The position numbers and the translations under genes are program-made. Below are positions 11,801 to 25,100 of a stretch of 64,000 bases of DNA, piece after piece. The stretch is from Auanema rhodensis. Lineage: Eukaryota; Animalia; Nematoda. Positions within the stretch are counted from its first letter, which is position 1, and every line of letters starts with the position of its first letter. The stretch is from contig CAXKVF010000072.1 of assembly GCA_964057225.1 (NCBI GenBank), positions 186,001 through 250,000 of the forward strand. Reading direction: 5' to 3'. The notes under the pieces were generated by a model. The model was given only the letters and a program-made list of their open reading frames with translations. It was not told the DNA's origin and searched no databases.

Positions 11801-14609
11801 AGCATAAATTAAAGTTCACGTAAATTTCAAAGTCATGGTTACCATGCACCAATATCAATAAAAATCTGTTTTTAGACTAATATGGACATGGGGAATCTAA
11901 TTTTGAAAACCGCATCTCTTTATCTTTCACGTGAAGCGAGTTACATACCAAGTGCACATCACGTGTACATTTAATTAGCATAAATTAAAGTTCACGTAAA
12001 TTTCAAAGTCATGGTTACCATGCACCAATATCAATAAAAATTTGTTTTTAGACTAATATGGACATGGGGAACCTAATTTTGAAAACCGCATCTCTTTATC
12101 TTTCACGTGAAGCGAGTTACATATCAAGTGCACATCACGTGTACATTTAATTAGCATAAATTAAAGTTCACGTAAATTTCAAAGTCATGGTTACCATTAA
12201 CCAATATCAATAAAAATTTGTTTTTAGACTAATATGGACATGGGGAATCTAATTTTAAAAACCGCATCTCTTTATCTTTCACGTGAAGCGAGTTACATAC
12301 CAAGTGCACATCACGTGTACATTTAATTAGCATAAATTAAAGTTCACGTAAATTTCAAAGTCATGGTTACCATGCACCAATATCAATAAAAATTTGTTTT
12401 TAGACTAATATGGACATGGGGAATCTAATTTTGAAAACCGCATCTCTTTATCTTTCACGTGAAGCGAGTTACATACCAAGTGCACATCACGTGCACATTT
12501 AATTAGCATAAATTAAAGTTCACGTAAATTTCAAAGTCATGGTTACCATGCACCAATATCAATAAAAATTTGTTGTTAGACTAATATGGACATGGGGAAT
12601 CTAATGTTGAAAACCGCATCTCTTTATCTTTCACGTGAAGCGAGTTACATACCAAGTGCACATCACGTGTACATTTAATTAGCATAAATTAAAGTTCACG
12701 TAAATTTCAAAGTCATGGTTACCATGAACCAATATCAATAAAAATTTGTTTTTAGACTAATATGTACATGGGGAATCTAATTTTGAAAACCGCATCTCTT
12801 TATCTTTCACGTGAAGCGAGTTACATACCAAGTGCACATCACGTGCACATTTAATTAGCATAAATTAAAGTTCACGTAAATTTCAAAGTCATGGTTACCA
12901 TGCACCAATATCAATAAAAATTTGTTTTTAGACTAATATGGACATGGGGAATCTAATGTTGAAAACCGCATCTTTTTATCTTTCACGTGAAGCGAGTTAC
13001 ATACCAAGTGCACATCACGTGTACATTTAATTAGCATAAATTAAAGTTCACGTAAATTTCAAAGTCATGGTTACCATGAACCAATATCAATAAAAATTTG
13101 TTTTTAGACTAATATGGACATGGGGAATCTAATGTTGAAAACCGCATCTCTTTATCTTTCACGTGAAGCGAGTTGCATACCAAGTGCACATCACGTGTAC
13201 ATTTAATTAGCATAAATTAAAGTTCACGTAAATTTCAAAGTCATGGTTACCATGAACCAATATCAATAAAAATTTGTTTTTAGACTAATATGGACATGGG
13301 GAATCTAATTTTGAAAACCGCATCTCTTTATCTTTCACGTGAAGCGAGTTACATACCAAGTGCACATCACGTGTACATTTAATTAGCATAAATTAAAGTT
13401 CACGTAAATTTCAAAGTCATGGTTACCATGAACCAATATCAATAAAAATTTGTTTTTAGACTAATATGGACATGGGGAATCTAATGTTGAAAACCGCATC
13501 TCTTTATCTTTCACGTGAAGCGAGTTGCATACCAAGTGCACATCACGTGTACATTTAATTAGCATAAATTAAAGTTCACGTAAATTTCAAAGTCATGGTT
13601 ACCATGAACCAATATCAATAAAAATTTGTTTTTAGACTAATATGGACATGGGGAATCTAATTTTGAAAACCGCATCTCTTTATCTTCCACGTGAAGCGAG
13701 TTACATACCAAGTGCACATCACGTGTACATTTAATTAGCATAAATTAAAGTTCACGTAAATTTCAAAGTCATGGTTACCATGAACCAATATCAATAAAAA
13801 TTTGTTTTTAGACTAATATGGACATGGGGAATCAAATTTTGAAAACCGCATCTCTTTATCTTTCACGTGAAGCGAGTTACATACCAAGTGCACATCACGT
13901 GTACATTTAATTAGCATAAATTAAAGTTCACGTAAATTTCAAAGTCATGGTTACCATGCACCAATATCAATAAAAATTTGTTTTTAGACTAATATGGACA
14001 TGGGGAATCTAATTTTGAAAACCGCATCTCTTCATATTTCACGTGAAGCGAGTTACATACCAAGTGCACATCACGTGTACATTTAATTAGCATAAATTAA
14101 AGTTCAAGTAAATTTCAAAGTCATGGTTACCATGAACCAATATCAATAAAAATTGGTTATTAGACTAATATGGACATGGGGAATCTAATTTTGAAAACCG
14201 CATCTCTTTATCTTTCACGTGAAGCGAGTTACATACCAAGTGCACATCACGTGTACATTTAATTAGCATAAATTAAAGTTCACGTAAATTTCAAAGTCAT
14301 GGTTACCATGCACCAATATCAATAAAAATTTGTTTTTAGACTAATATGGACATGGGGAATCTAATTTTGAAAACCGCATCTCTTTATCTTCCACGTGAAG
14401 CGAGTTACATACCAAGTGCACATCACGTGTACATTTAATTAGCATAAATTAAAGTTCACGTAAATTTCAAAGTCATGGTTACCATGAACCAATATCAATA
14501 AAAATTTGTTTTTAGACTAATATGTACATGGGGAATCTAATTTTGAAAACCGCATCTCTTTATCTTTCACGTGAAGCGAGTTACATACCAAGTGCACATC
14601 ACGTGTACA

Positions 14610-17600
14610 TTTAATTAGCATAAATTAAAGTTCACGTAAATTTCAAAGTCATGGTTACCATGCACCAATATCAATAAAAATTTGTTTTTAGACTAATATG
14701 GACATGGGGAATCTAATGTTGAAAACCGCATCTCTTTATCTTTCACGTGAAGCGAGTTACATACCAAGTGCACATCACGTGTACATTTAATTAGCATAAA
14801 TTAAAGTTCACGTAAATTTCAAAGTCATGGTTACCATGAACCAATATCAATAAAAATTTGTTTTTAGACTAATATGGACATGGGGAATCTAATTTTGAAA
14901 ACCGCATCTCTTTATCTTCCACGTGAAGCGAGTTACATACCAAGTGCACATCACGTGTACATTTAATTAGCATAAATTAAAGTTCACGTAAATTTCAAAG
15001 TCATGGTTACCATGAACCAATATCAATAAAAATTTGTTTTTAGACTAATATGGACATGGGGAATCTAATGTTGAAAACCGCATCTCTTTATCTTTCACGT
15101 GAAGCGAGTTACATACCAAGTGCACATCACGTGTACATTTAATTAGCATAAATTAAAGTTCACGTAAATTTCAAAGTCATGGTTACCATGAACCAATATC
15201 AATAAAAATTTGTTTTTAGACTAATATGTACATGGGGAATCTAATTTTGAAAACCGCATCTCTTTATCTTTCACGTGAAGCGAGTTACATACCAAGTGCA
15301 CATCACGTGCACATTTAATTAGCATAAATTAAAGTTCACGTAAATTTCAAAGTCATGGTTACCATGCACCAATATCAATAAAAATTTGTTTTTAGACTAA
15401 TATGGACATGGGGAATCTAATGTTGAAAACCGCATCTTTTTATCTTTCACGTGAAGCGAGTTACATACCAAGTGCACATCACGTGTACATTTAATTAGCA
15501 TAAATTAAAGTTCACGTAAATTTCAAAGTCATGGTTACCATGAACCAATATCAATAAAAATTTGTTTTTAGACTAATATGGACATGGGGAATCTAATGTT
15601 GAAAACCGCATCTCTTTATCTTTCACGTGAAGCGAGTTGCATACCAAGTGCACATCACGTGTACATTTAATTAGCATAAATTAAAGTTCACGTAAATTTC
15701 AAAGTCATGGTTACCATGAACCAATATCAATAAAAATTTGTTTTTAGACTAATATGGACATGGGGAATCTAATTTTGAAAACCGCATCTCTTTATCTTTC
15801 ACGTGAAGCGAGTTACATACCAAGTGCACATCACGTGTACATTTAATTAGCATAAATTAAAGTTCACGTAAATTTCAAAGTCATGGTTACCATGAACCAA
15901 TATCAATAAAAATTTGTTTTTAGACTAATATGGACATGGGGAATCTAATGTTGAAAACCGCATCTCTTTATCTTTCACGTGAAGCGAGTTGCATACCAAG
16001 TGCACATCACGTGTACATTTAATTAGCATAAATTAAAGTTCACGTAAATTTCAAAGTCATGGTTACCATGAACCAATATCAATAAAAATTTGTTTTTAGA
16101 CTAATATGGACATGGGGAATCTAATTTTGAAAACCGCATCTCTTTATCTTCCACGTGAAGCGAGTTACATACCAAGTGCACATCACGTGTACATTTAATT
16201 AGCATAAATTAAAGTTCACGTAAATTTCAAAGTCATGGTTACCATGAACCAATATCAATAAAAATTTGTTTTTAGACTAATATGGACATGGGGAATCAAA
16301 TTTTGAAAACCGCATCTCTTTATCTTTCACGTGAAGCGAGTTACATACCAAGTGCACATCACGTGTACATTTAATTAGCATAAATTAAAGTTCACGTAAA
16401 TTTCAAAGTCATGGTTACCATGCACCAATATCAATAAAAATTTGTTTTTAGACTAATATGGACATGGGGAATCTAATGTTGAAAACCGCATCTCTTTATC
16501 TTTCACGTGAAGCGAGTTACATACCAAGTGCACATCACGTGTACATTTAATTAGCATAAATTAAAGTTCACGTAAATTTCAAAGTCATGGTTACCATGAA
16601 CCAATATCAATAAAAATTTGTTTTTAGACTAATATGGACATGGGGAATCTAATTTTGAAAACCGCATCTCTTTATCTTCCACGTGAAGCGAGTTACATAC
16701 CAAGTGCACATCACGTGTACATTTAATTAGCATAAATTAAAGTTCACGTAAATTTCAAAGTCATGGTTACCATGAACCAATATCAATAAAAATTTGTTTT
16801 TAGACTAATATGGACATGGGGAATCTAATGTTGAAAACCGCATCTCTTTATCTTTCACGTGAAGCGAGTTACATACCAAGTGCACATCACGTGTACATTT
16901 AATTAGCATAAATTAAAGTTCACGTAAATTTCAAAGTCATGGTTACCATGAACCAATATCAATAAAAATTTGTTTTTAGACTAATATGTACATGGGGAAT
17001 CTAATTTTGAAAACCGCATCTCTTTATCTTTCACGTGAAGCGAGTTACATACCAAGTGCACATCACGTGCACATTTAATTAGCATAAATTAAAGTTCACG
17101 TAAATTTCAAAGTCATGGTTACCATGCACCAATATCAATAAAAATTTGTTTTTAGACTAATATGGACATGGGGAATCTAATGTTGAAAACCGCATCTTTT
17201 TATCTTTCACGTGAAGCGAGTTACATACCAAGTGCACATCACGTGTACATTTAATTAGCATAAATTAAAGTTCACGTAAATTTCAAAGTCATGGTTACCA
17301 TGAACCAATATCAATAAAAATTTGTTTTTAGACTAATATGGACATGGGGAATCTAATGTTGAAAACCGCATCTCTTTATCTTTCACGTGAAGCGAGTTGC
17401 ATACCAAGTGCACATCACGTGTACATTTAATTAGCATAAATTAAAGTTCACGTAAATTTCAAAGTCATGGTTACCATGAACCAATATCAATAAAAATTTG
17501 TTTTTAGACTAATATGGACATGGGGAATCTAATTTTGAAAACCGCATCTCTTTATCTTTCACGTGAAGCGAGTTACATACCAAGTGCACATCACGTGTAC

Positions 17601-18129
17601 ATTTAATTAGCATAAATTAAAGTTCACGTAAATTTCAAAGTCATGGTTACCATGAACCAATATCAATAAAAATTTGTTTTTAGACTAATATGGACATGGG
17701 GAATCTAATGTTGAAAACCGCATCTCTTTATCTTTCACGTGAAGCGAGTTGCATACCAAGTGCACATCACGTGTACATTTAATTAGCATAAATTAAAGTT
17801 CACGTAAATTTCAAAGTCATGGTTACCATGAACCAATATCAATAAAAATTTGTTTTTAGACTAATATGGACATGGGGAATCTAATTTTGAAAACCGCATC
17901 TCTTTATCTTCCACGTGAAGCGAGTTACATACCAAGTGCACATCACGTGTACATTTAATTAGCATAAATTAAAGTTCACGTAAATTTCAAAGTCATGGTT
18001 ACCATGAACCAATATCAATAAAAATTTGTTTTTAGACTAATATGGACATGGGGAATCAAATTTTGAAAACCGCATCTCTTTATCTTTCACGTGAAGCGAG
18101 TTACATACCAAGTGCACATCACGTGTACA
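14610..18129. repeat. 10-monomer (1760 bp) tandem duplication (monomers 84-93 and 94-103)
   Basis: Identical variant series in both halves: T109G / T134C / T109G / G92T+T173C / T109G+C125T / T109G+A150G / none / T109G+A150G / T134C / T105A. Confidence 0.85.
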
Positions 18130-19185
18130 TTTAATTAGCATAAATTAAAGTTCACGTAAATTTCAAAGTCATGGTTACCATGCACCAATATCAATAAAAA
18201 TTTGTTTTTAGACTAATATGGACATGGGGAATCTAATTTTGAAAACCGCATCTCTTCATATTTCACGTGAAGCGAGTTACATACCAAGTGCACATCACGT
18301 GTACATTTAATTAGCATAAATTAAAGTTCAAGTAAATTTCAAAGTCATGGTTACCATGAACCAATATCAATAAAAATTGGTTATTAGACTAATATGGACA
18401 TGGGGAATCTAATTTTGAAAACCGCATCTCTTTATCTTTCACGTGAAGCGAGTTACATACCAAGTGCACATCACGTGTACATTTAATTAGCATAAATTAA
18501 AGTTCACGTAAATTTCAAAGTCATGGTTACCATGCACCAATATCAATAAAAATTTGTTTTTAGACTAATATGGACATGGGGAATCTAATTTTGAAAACCG
18601 CATCTCTTTATCTTCCACGTGAAGCGAGTTACATACCAAGTGCACATCACGTGTACATTTAATTAGCATAAATTAAAGTTCACGTAAATTTCAAAGTCAT
18701 GGTTACCATGAACCAATATCAATAAAAATTTGTTTTTAGACTAATATGTACATGGGGAATCTAATTTTGAAAACCGCATCTCTTTATCTTTCACGTGAAG
18801 CGAGTTACATACCAAGTGCACATCACGTGTACATTTAATTAGCATAAATTAAAGTTCACGTAAATTTCAAAGTCATGGTTACCATGCACCAATATCAATA
18901 AAAATTTGTTTTTAGACTAATATGGACATGGGGAATCTAATGTTGAAAACCGCATCTCTTTATCTTTCACGTGAAGCGAGTTACATACCAAGTGCACATC
19001 ACGTGTACATTTAATTAGCATAAATTAAAGTTCACGTAAATTTCAAAGTCATGGTTACCATGAACCAATATCAATAAAAATTTGTTTTTAGACTAATATG
19101 GACATGGGGAATCTAATTTTGAAAACCGCATCTCTTTATCTTTCACGTGAAGCGAGTTACATACCAAGTGCACATCACGTGCACA

Positions 19186-22100
19186 TTTAATTAGCATAAA
19201 TTAAAGTTCACGTAAATTTCAAAGTCATGGTTACCATGCACCAATATCAATAAAAATTTGTTTTTAGACTAATATGGACATGGGGAATCTAATGTTGAAA
19301 ACCGCATCTTTTTATCTTTCACGTGAAGCGAGTTACATACCAAGTGCACATCACGTGTACATTTAATTAGCATAAATTAAAGTTCACGTAAATTTCAAAG
19401 TCATGGTTACCATGAACCAATATCAATAAAAATTTGTTTTTAGACTAATATGGACATGGGGAATCTAATTTTGAAAACCGCATCTCTTTATCTTTCACGT
19501 GAAGCGAGTTACATACCAAGTGCACATCACGTGTACATTTAATTAGCATAAATTAAAGTTCACGTAAATTTCAAAGTCATGGTTACCATGAACCAATATC
19601 AATAAAAATTTGTTTTTAGACTAATATGGACATGGGGAATCTAATGTTGAAAACCGCATCTCTTTATCTTTCACGTGAAGCGAGTTGCATACCAAGTGCA
19701 CATCACGTGTACATTTAATTAGCATAAATTAAAGTTCACGTAAATTTCAAAGTCATGGTTACCATGAACCAATATCAATAAAAATTTGTTTTTAGACTAA
19801 TATGGACATGGGGAATCTAATTTTGAAAACCGCATCTCTTTATCTTCCACGTGAAGCGAGTTACATACCAAGTGCACATCACGTGTACATTTAATTAGCA
19901 TAAATTAAAGTTCACGTAAATTTCAAAGTCATGGTTACCATGAACCAATATCAATAAAAATTTGTTTTTAGACTAATATGGACATGGGGAATCAAATTTT
20001 GAAAACCGCATCTCTTTATCTTTCACGTGAAGCGAGTTACATACCAAGTGCACATCACGTGTACATTTAATTAGCATAAATTAAAGTTCACGTAAATTTC
20101 AAAGTCATGGTTACCATGCACCAATATCAATAAAAATTTGTTTTTAGACTAATATGGACATGGGGAATCTAATTTTGAAAACCGCATCTCTTCATATTTC
20201 ACGTGAAGCGAGTTACATACCAAGTGCACATCACGTGTACATTTAATTAGCATAAATTAAAGTTCAAGTAAATTTCAAAGTCATGGTTACCATGAACCAA
20301 TATCAATAAAAATTGGTTATTAGACTAATATGGACATGGGGAATCTAATTTTGAAAACCGCATCTCTTTATCTTTCACGTGAAGCGAGTTACATACCAAG
20401 TGCACATCACGTGTACATTTAATTAGCATAAATTAAAGTTCACGTAAATTTCAAAGTCATGGTTACCATGCACCAATATCAATAAAAATTTGTTTTTAGA
20501 CTAATATGGACATGGGGAATCTAATTTTGAAAACCGCATCTCTTTATCTTCCACGTGAAGCGAGTTACATACCAAGTGCACATCACGTGTACATTTAATT
20601 AGCATAAATTAAAGTTCACGTAAATTTCAAAGTCATGGTTACCATGAACCAATATCAATAAAAATTTGTTTTTAGACTAATATGTACATGGGGAATCTAA
20701 TTTTGAAAACCGCATCTCTTTATCTTTCACGTGAAGCGAGTTACATACCAAGTGCACATCACGTGTACATTTAATTAGCATAAATTAAAGTTCACGTAAA
20801 TTTCAAAGTCATGGTTACCATGCACCAATATCAATAAAAATTTGTTTTTAGACTAATATGGACATGGGGAATCTAATGTTGAAAACCGCATCTCTTTATC
20901 TTTCACGTGAAGCGAGTTACATACCAAGTGCACATCACGTGTACATTTAATTAGCATAAATTAAAGTTCACGTAAATTTCAAAGTCATGGTTACCATGAA
21001 CCAATATCAATAAAAATTTGTTTTTAGACTAATATGGACATGGGGAATCTAATTTTGAAAACCGCATCTCTTTATCTTCCACGTGAAGCGAGTTACATAC
21101 CAAGTGCACATCACGTGTACATTTAATTAGCATAAATTAAAGTTCACGTAAATTTCAAAGTCATGGTTACCATGAACCAATATCAATAAAAATTTGTTTT
21201 TAGACTAATATGGACATGGGGAATCTAATGTTGAAAACCGCATCTCTTTATCTTTCACGTGAAGCGAGTTACATACCAAGTGCACATCACGTGTACATTT
21301 AATTAGCATAAATTAAAGTTCACGTAAATTTCAAAGTCATGGTTACCATGAACCAATATCAATAAAAATTTGTTTTTAGACTAATATGTACATGGGGAAT
21401 CTAATTTTGAAAACCGCATCTCTTTATCTTTCACGTGAAGCGAGTTACATACCAAGTGCACATCACGTGCACATTTAATTAGCATAAATTAAAGTTCACG
21501 TAAATTTCAAAGTCATGGTTACCATGCACCAATATCAATAAAAATTTGTTTTTAGACTAATATGGACATGGGGAATCTAATGTTGAAAACCGCATCTTTT
21601 TATCTTTCACGTGAAGCGAGTTACATACCAAGTGCACATCACGTGTACATTTAATTAGCATAAATTAAAGTTCACGTAAATTTCAAAGTCATGGTTACCA
21701 TGAACCAATATCAATAAAAATTTGTTTTTAGACTAATATGGACATGGGGAATCTAATGTTGAAAACCGCATCTCTTTATCTTTCACGTGAAGCGAGTTGC
21801 ATACCAAGTGCACATCACGTGTACATTTAATTAGCATAAATTAAAGTTCACGTAAATTTCAAAGTCATGGTTACCATGAACCAATATCAATAAAAATTTG
21901 TTTTTAGACTAATATGGACATGGGGAATCTAATTTTGAAAACCGCATCTCTTTATCTTTCACGTGAAGCGAGTTACATACCAAGTGCACATCACGTGTAC
22001 ATTTAATTAGCATAAATTAAAGTTCACGTAAATTTCAAAGTCATGGTTACCATGAACCAATATCAATAAAAATTTGTTTTTAGACTAATATGGACATGGG

Positions 22101-25100
22101 GAATCTAATGTTGAAAACCGCATCTCTTTATCTTTCACGTGAAGCGAGTTGCATACCAAGTGCACATCACGTGTACATTTAATTAGCATAAATTAAAGTT
22201 CACGTAAATTTCAAAGTCATGGTTACCATGAACCAATATCAATAAAAATTTGTTTTTAGACTAATATGGACATGGGGAATCTAATTTTGAAAACCGCATC
22301 TCTTTATCTTCCACGTGAAGCGAGTTACATACCAAGTGCACATCACGTGTACATTTAATTAGCATAAATTAAAGTTCACGTAAATTTCAAAGTCATGGTT
22401 ACCATGAACCAATATCAATAAAAATTTGTTTTTAGACTAATATGGACATGGGGAATCAAATTTTGAAAACCGCATCTCTTTATCTTTCACGTGAAGCGAG
22501 TTACATACCAAGTGCACATCACGTGTACATTTAATTAGCATAAATTAAAGTTCACGTAAATTTCAAAGTCATGGTTACCATGCACCAATATCAATAAAAA
22601 TTTGTTTTTAGACTAATATGGACATGGGGAATCTAATTTTGAAAACCGCATCTCTTCATATTTCACGTGAAGCGAGTTACATACCAAGTGCACATCACGT
22701 GTACATTTAATTAGCATAAATTAAAGTTCAAGTAAATTTCAAAGTCATGGTTACCATGAACCAATATCAATAAAAATTGGTTATTAGACTAATATGGACA
22801 TGGGGAATCTAATTTTGAAAACCGCATCTCTTTATCTTTCACGTGAAGCGAGTTACATACCAAGTGCACATCACGTGTACATTTAATTAGCATAAATTAA
22901 AGTTCACGTAAATTTCAAAGTCATGGTTACCATGCACCAATATCAATAAAAATTTGTTTTTAGACTAATATGGACATGGGGAATCTAATTTTGAAAACCG
23001 CATCTCTTTATCTTCCACGTGAAGCGAGTTACATACCAAGTGCACATCACGTGTACATTTAATTAGCATAAATTAAAGTTCACGTAAATTTCAAAGTCAT
23101 GGTTACCATGAACCAATATCAATAAAAATTTGTTTTTAGACTAATATGTACATGGGGAATCTAATTTTGAAAACCGCATCTCTTTATCTTTCACGTGAAG
23201 CGAGTTACATACCAAGTGCACATCACGTGTACATTTAATTAGCATAAATTAAAGTTCACGTAAATTTCAAAGTCATGGTTACCATGCACCAATATCAATA
23301 AAAATTTGTTTTTAGACTAATATGGACATGGGGAATCTAATGTTGAAAACCGCATCTCTTTATCTTTCACGTGAAGCGAGTTACATACCAAGTGCACATC
23401 ACGTGTACATTTAATTAGCATAAATTAAAGTTCACGTAAATTTCAAAGTCATGGTTACCATGAACCAATATCAATAAAAATTTGTTTTTAGACTAATATG
23501 GACATGGGGAATCTAATTTTGAAAACCGCATCTCTTTATCTTTCACGTGAAGCGAGTTACATACCAAGTGCACATCACGTGCACATTTAATTAGCATAAA
23601 TTAAAGTTCACGTAAATTTCAAAGTCATGGTTACCATGCACCAATATCAATAAAAATTTGTTTTTAGACTAATATGGACATGGGGAATCTAATGTTGAAA
23701 ACCGCATCTTTTTATCTTTCACGTGAAGCGAGTTACATACCAAGTGCACATCACGTGTACATTTAATTAGCATAAATTAAAGTTCACGTAAATTTCAAAG
23801 TCATGGTTACCATGAACCAATATCAATAAAAATTTGTTTTTAGACTAATATGGACATGGGGAATCTAATGTTGAAAACCGCATCTCTTTATCTTTCACGT
23901 GAAGCGAGTTACATACCAAGTGCACATCACGTGTACATTTAATTAGCATAAATTAAAGTTCACGTAAATTTCAAAGTCATGGTTACCATGAACCAATATC
24001 AATAAAAATTTGTTTTTAGACTAATATGGACATGGGGAATCTAATTTTGAAAACCGCATCTCTTTATCTTTCACGTGAAGCGAGTTACATACCAAGTGCA
24101 CATCACGTGTACATTTAATTAGCATAAAATAAAGTTCACGTAAATTTCAAAGTCATGGTTACCATGCACCAATATCAATAAAAATTTGTTTTTAGACTAA
24201 TATGGACATGGGGAATCTAATTTTGAAAACCGCATCTCTTTATCTTCCACGTGAAGCGAGTTACATACCAAGTGCACATCACGTGTACATTTAATTAGCA
24301 TAAATTAAAGTTCACGTAAATTTCAAAGTCATGGTTACCATGAACCAATATCAATAAAAATTTGTTTTTAGACTAATATGGACATGGGGAATCTAATTTT
24401 GAAAACCGCATCTCTTTATCTTCCACGTGAAGCGAGTTACATACCAAGTGCACATCACGTGTACATTTAATTAGCATAAATTAAAGTTCACGTAAATTTC
24501 AAAGTCATGGTTACCATGAACCAATATCAATAAAAATTTGTTTTTAGACTAATATGGACATGGGGAATCAAATTTTGAAAACCGCATCTCTTTATCTTTC
24601 ACGTGAAGCGAGTTACATACCAAGTGCACATCACGTGTACATTTAATTAGCATAAATTAAAGTTCACGTAAATTTCAAAGTCATGGTTACCATGAACCAA
24701 TATCAATAGAAATTTGTTTTTAGACTAATATGGACATGGGGAATCTAATTTTGAAAACCGCATCACTTTATCTTTCACGTGAAGCGAGTTACATACCAAG
24801 TGCACATCACGTGTACATTTAATTAGCATAAATTAAAGTTCACGTAAATTTCAAAGTCATGGTTACCATGCACCAATATCAATAAAAATTTGTTTTTAGA
24901 CTAATATGGACATGGGGAATCTAATTTTGAAAACCGCATCTCTTCATATTTCACGTGAAGCGAGTTACATACCAAGTGCACATCACGTGTACATTTAATT
25001 AGCATAAATTAAAGTTCACGTAAATTTCAAAGTCATGGTTACCATGAACCAATATCAATAAAAATTGGTTATTAGACTAATATGGACATGGGGAATCCAA

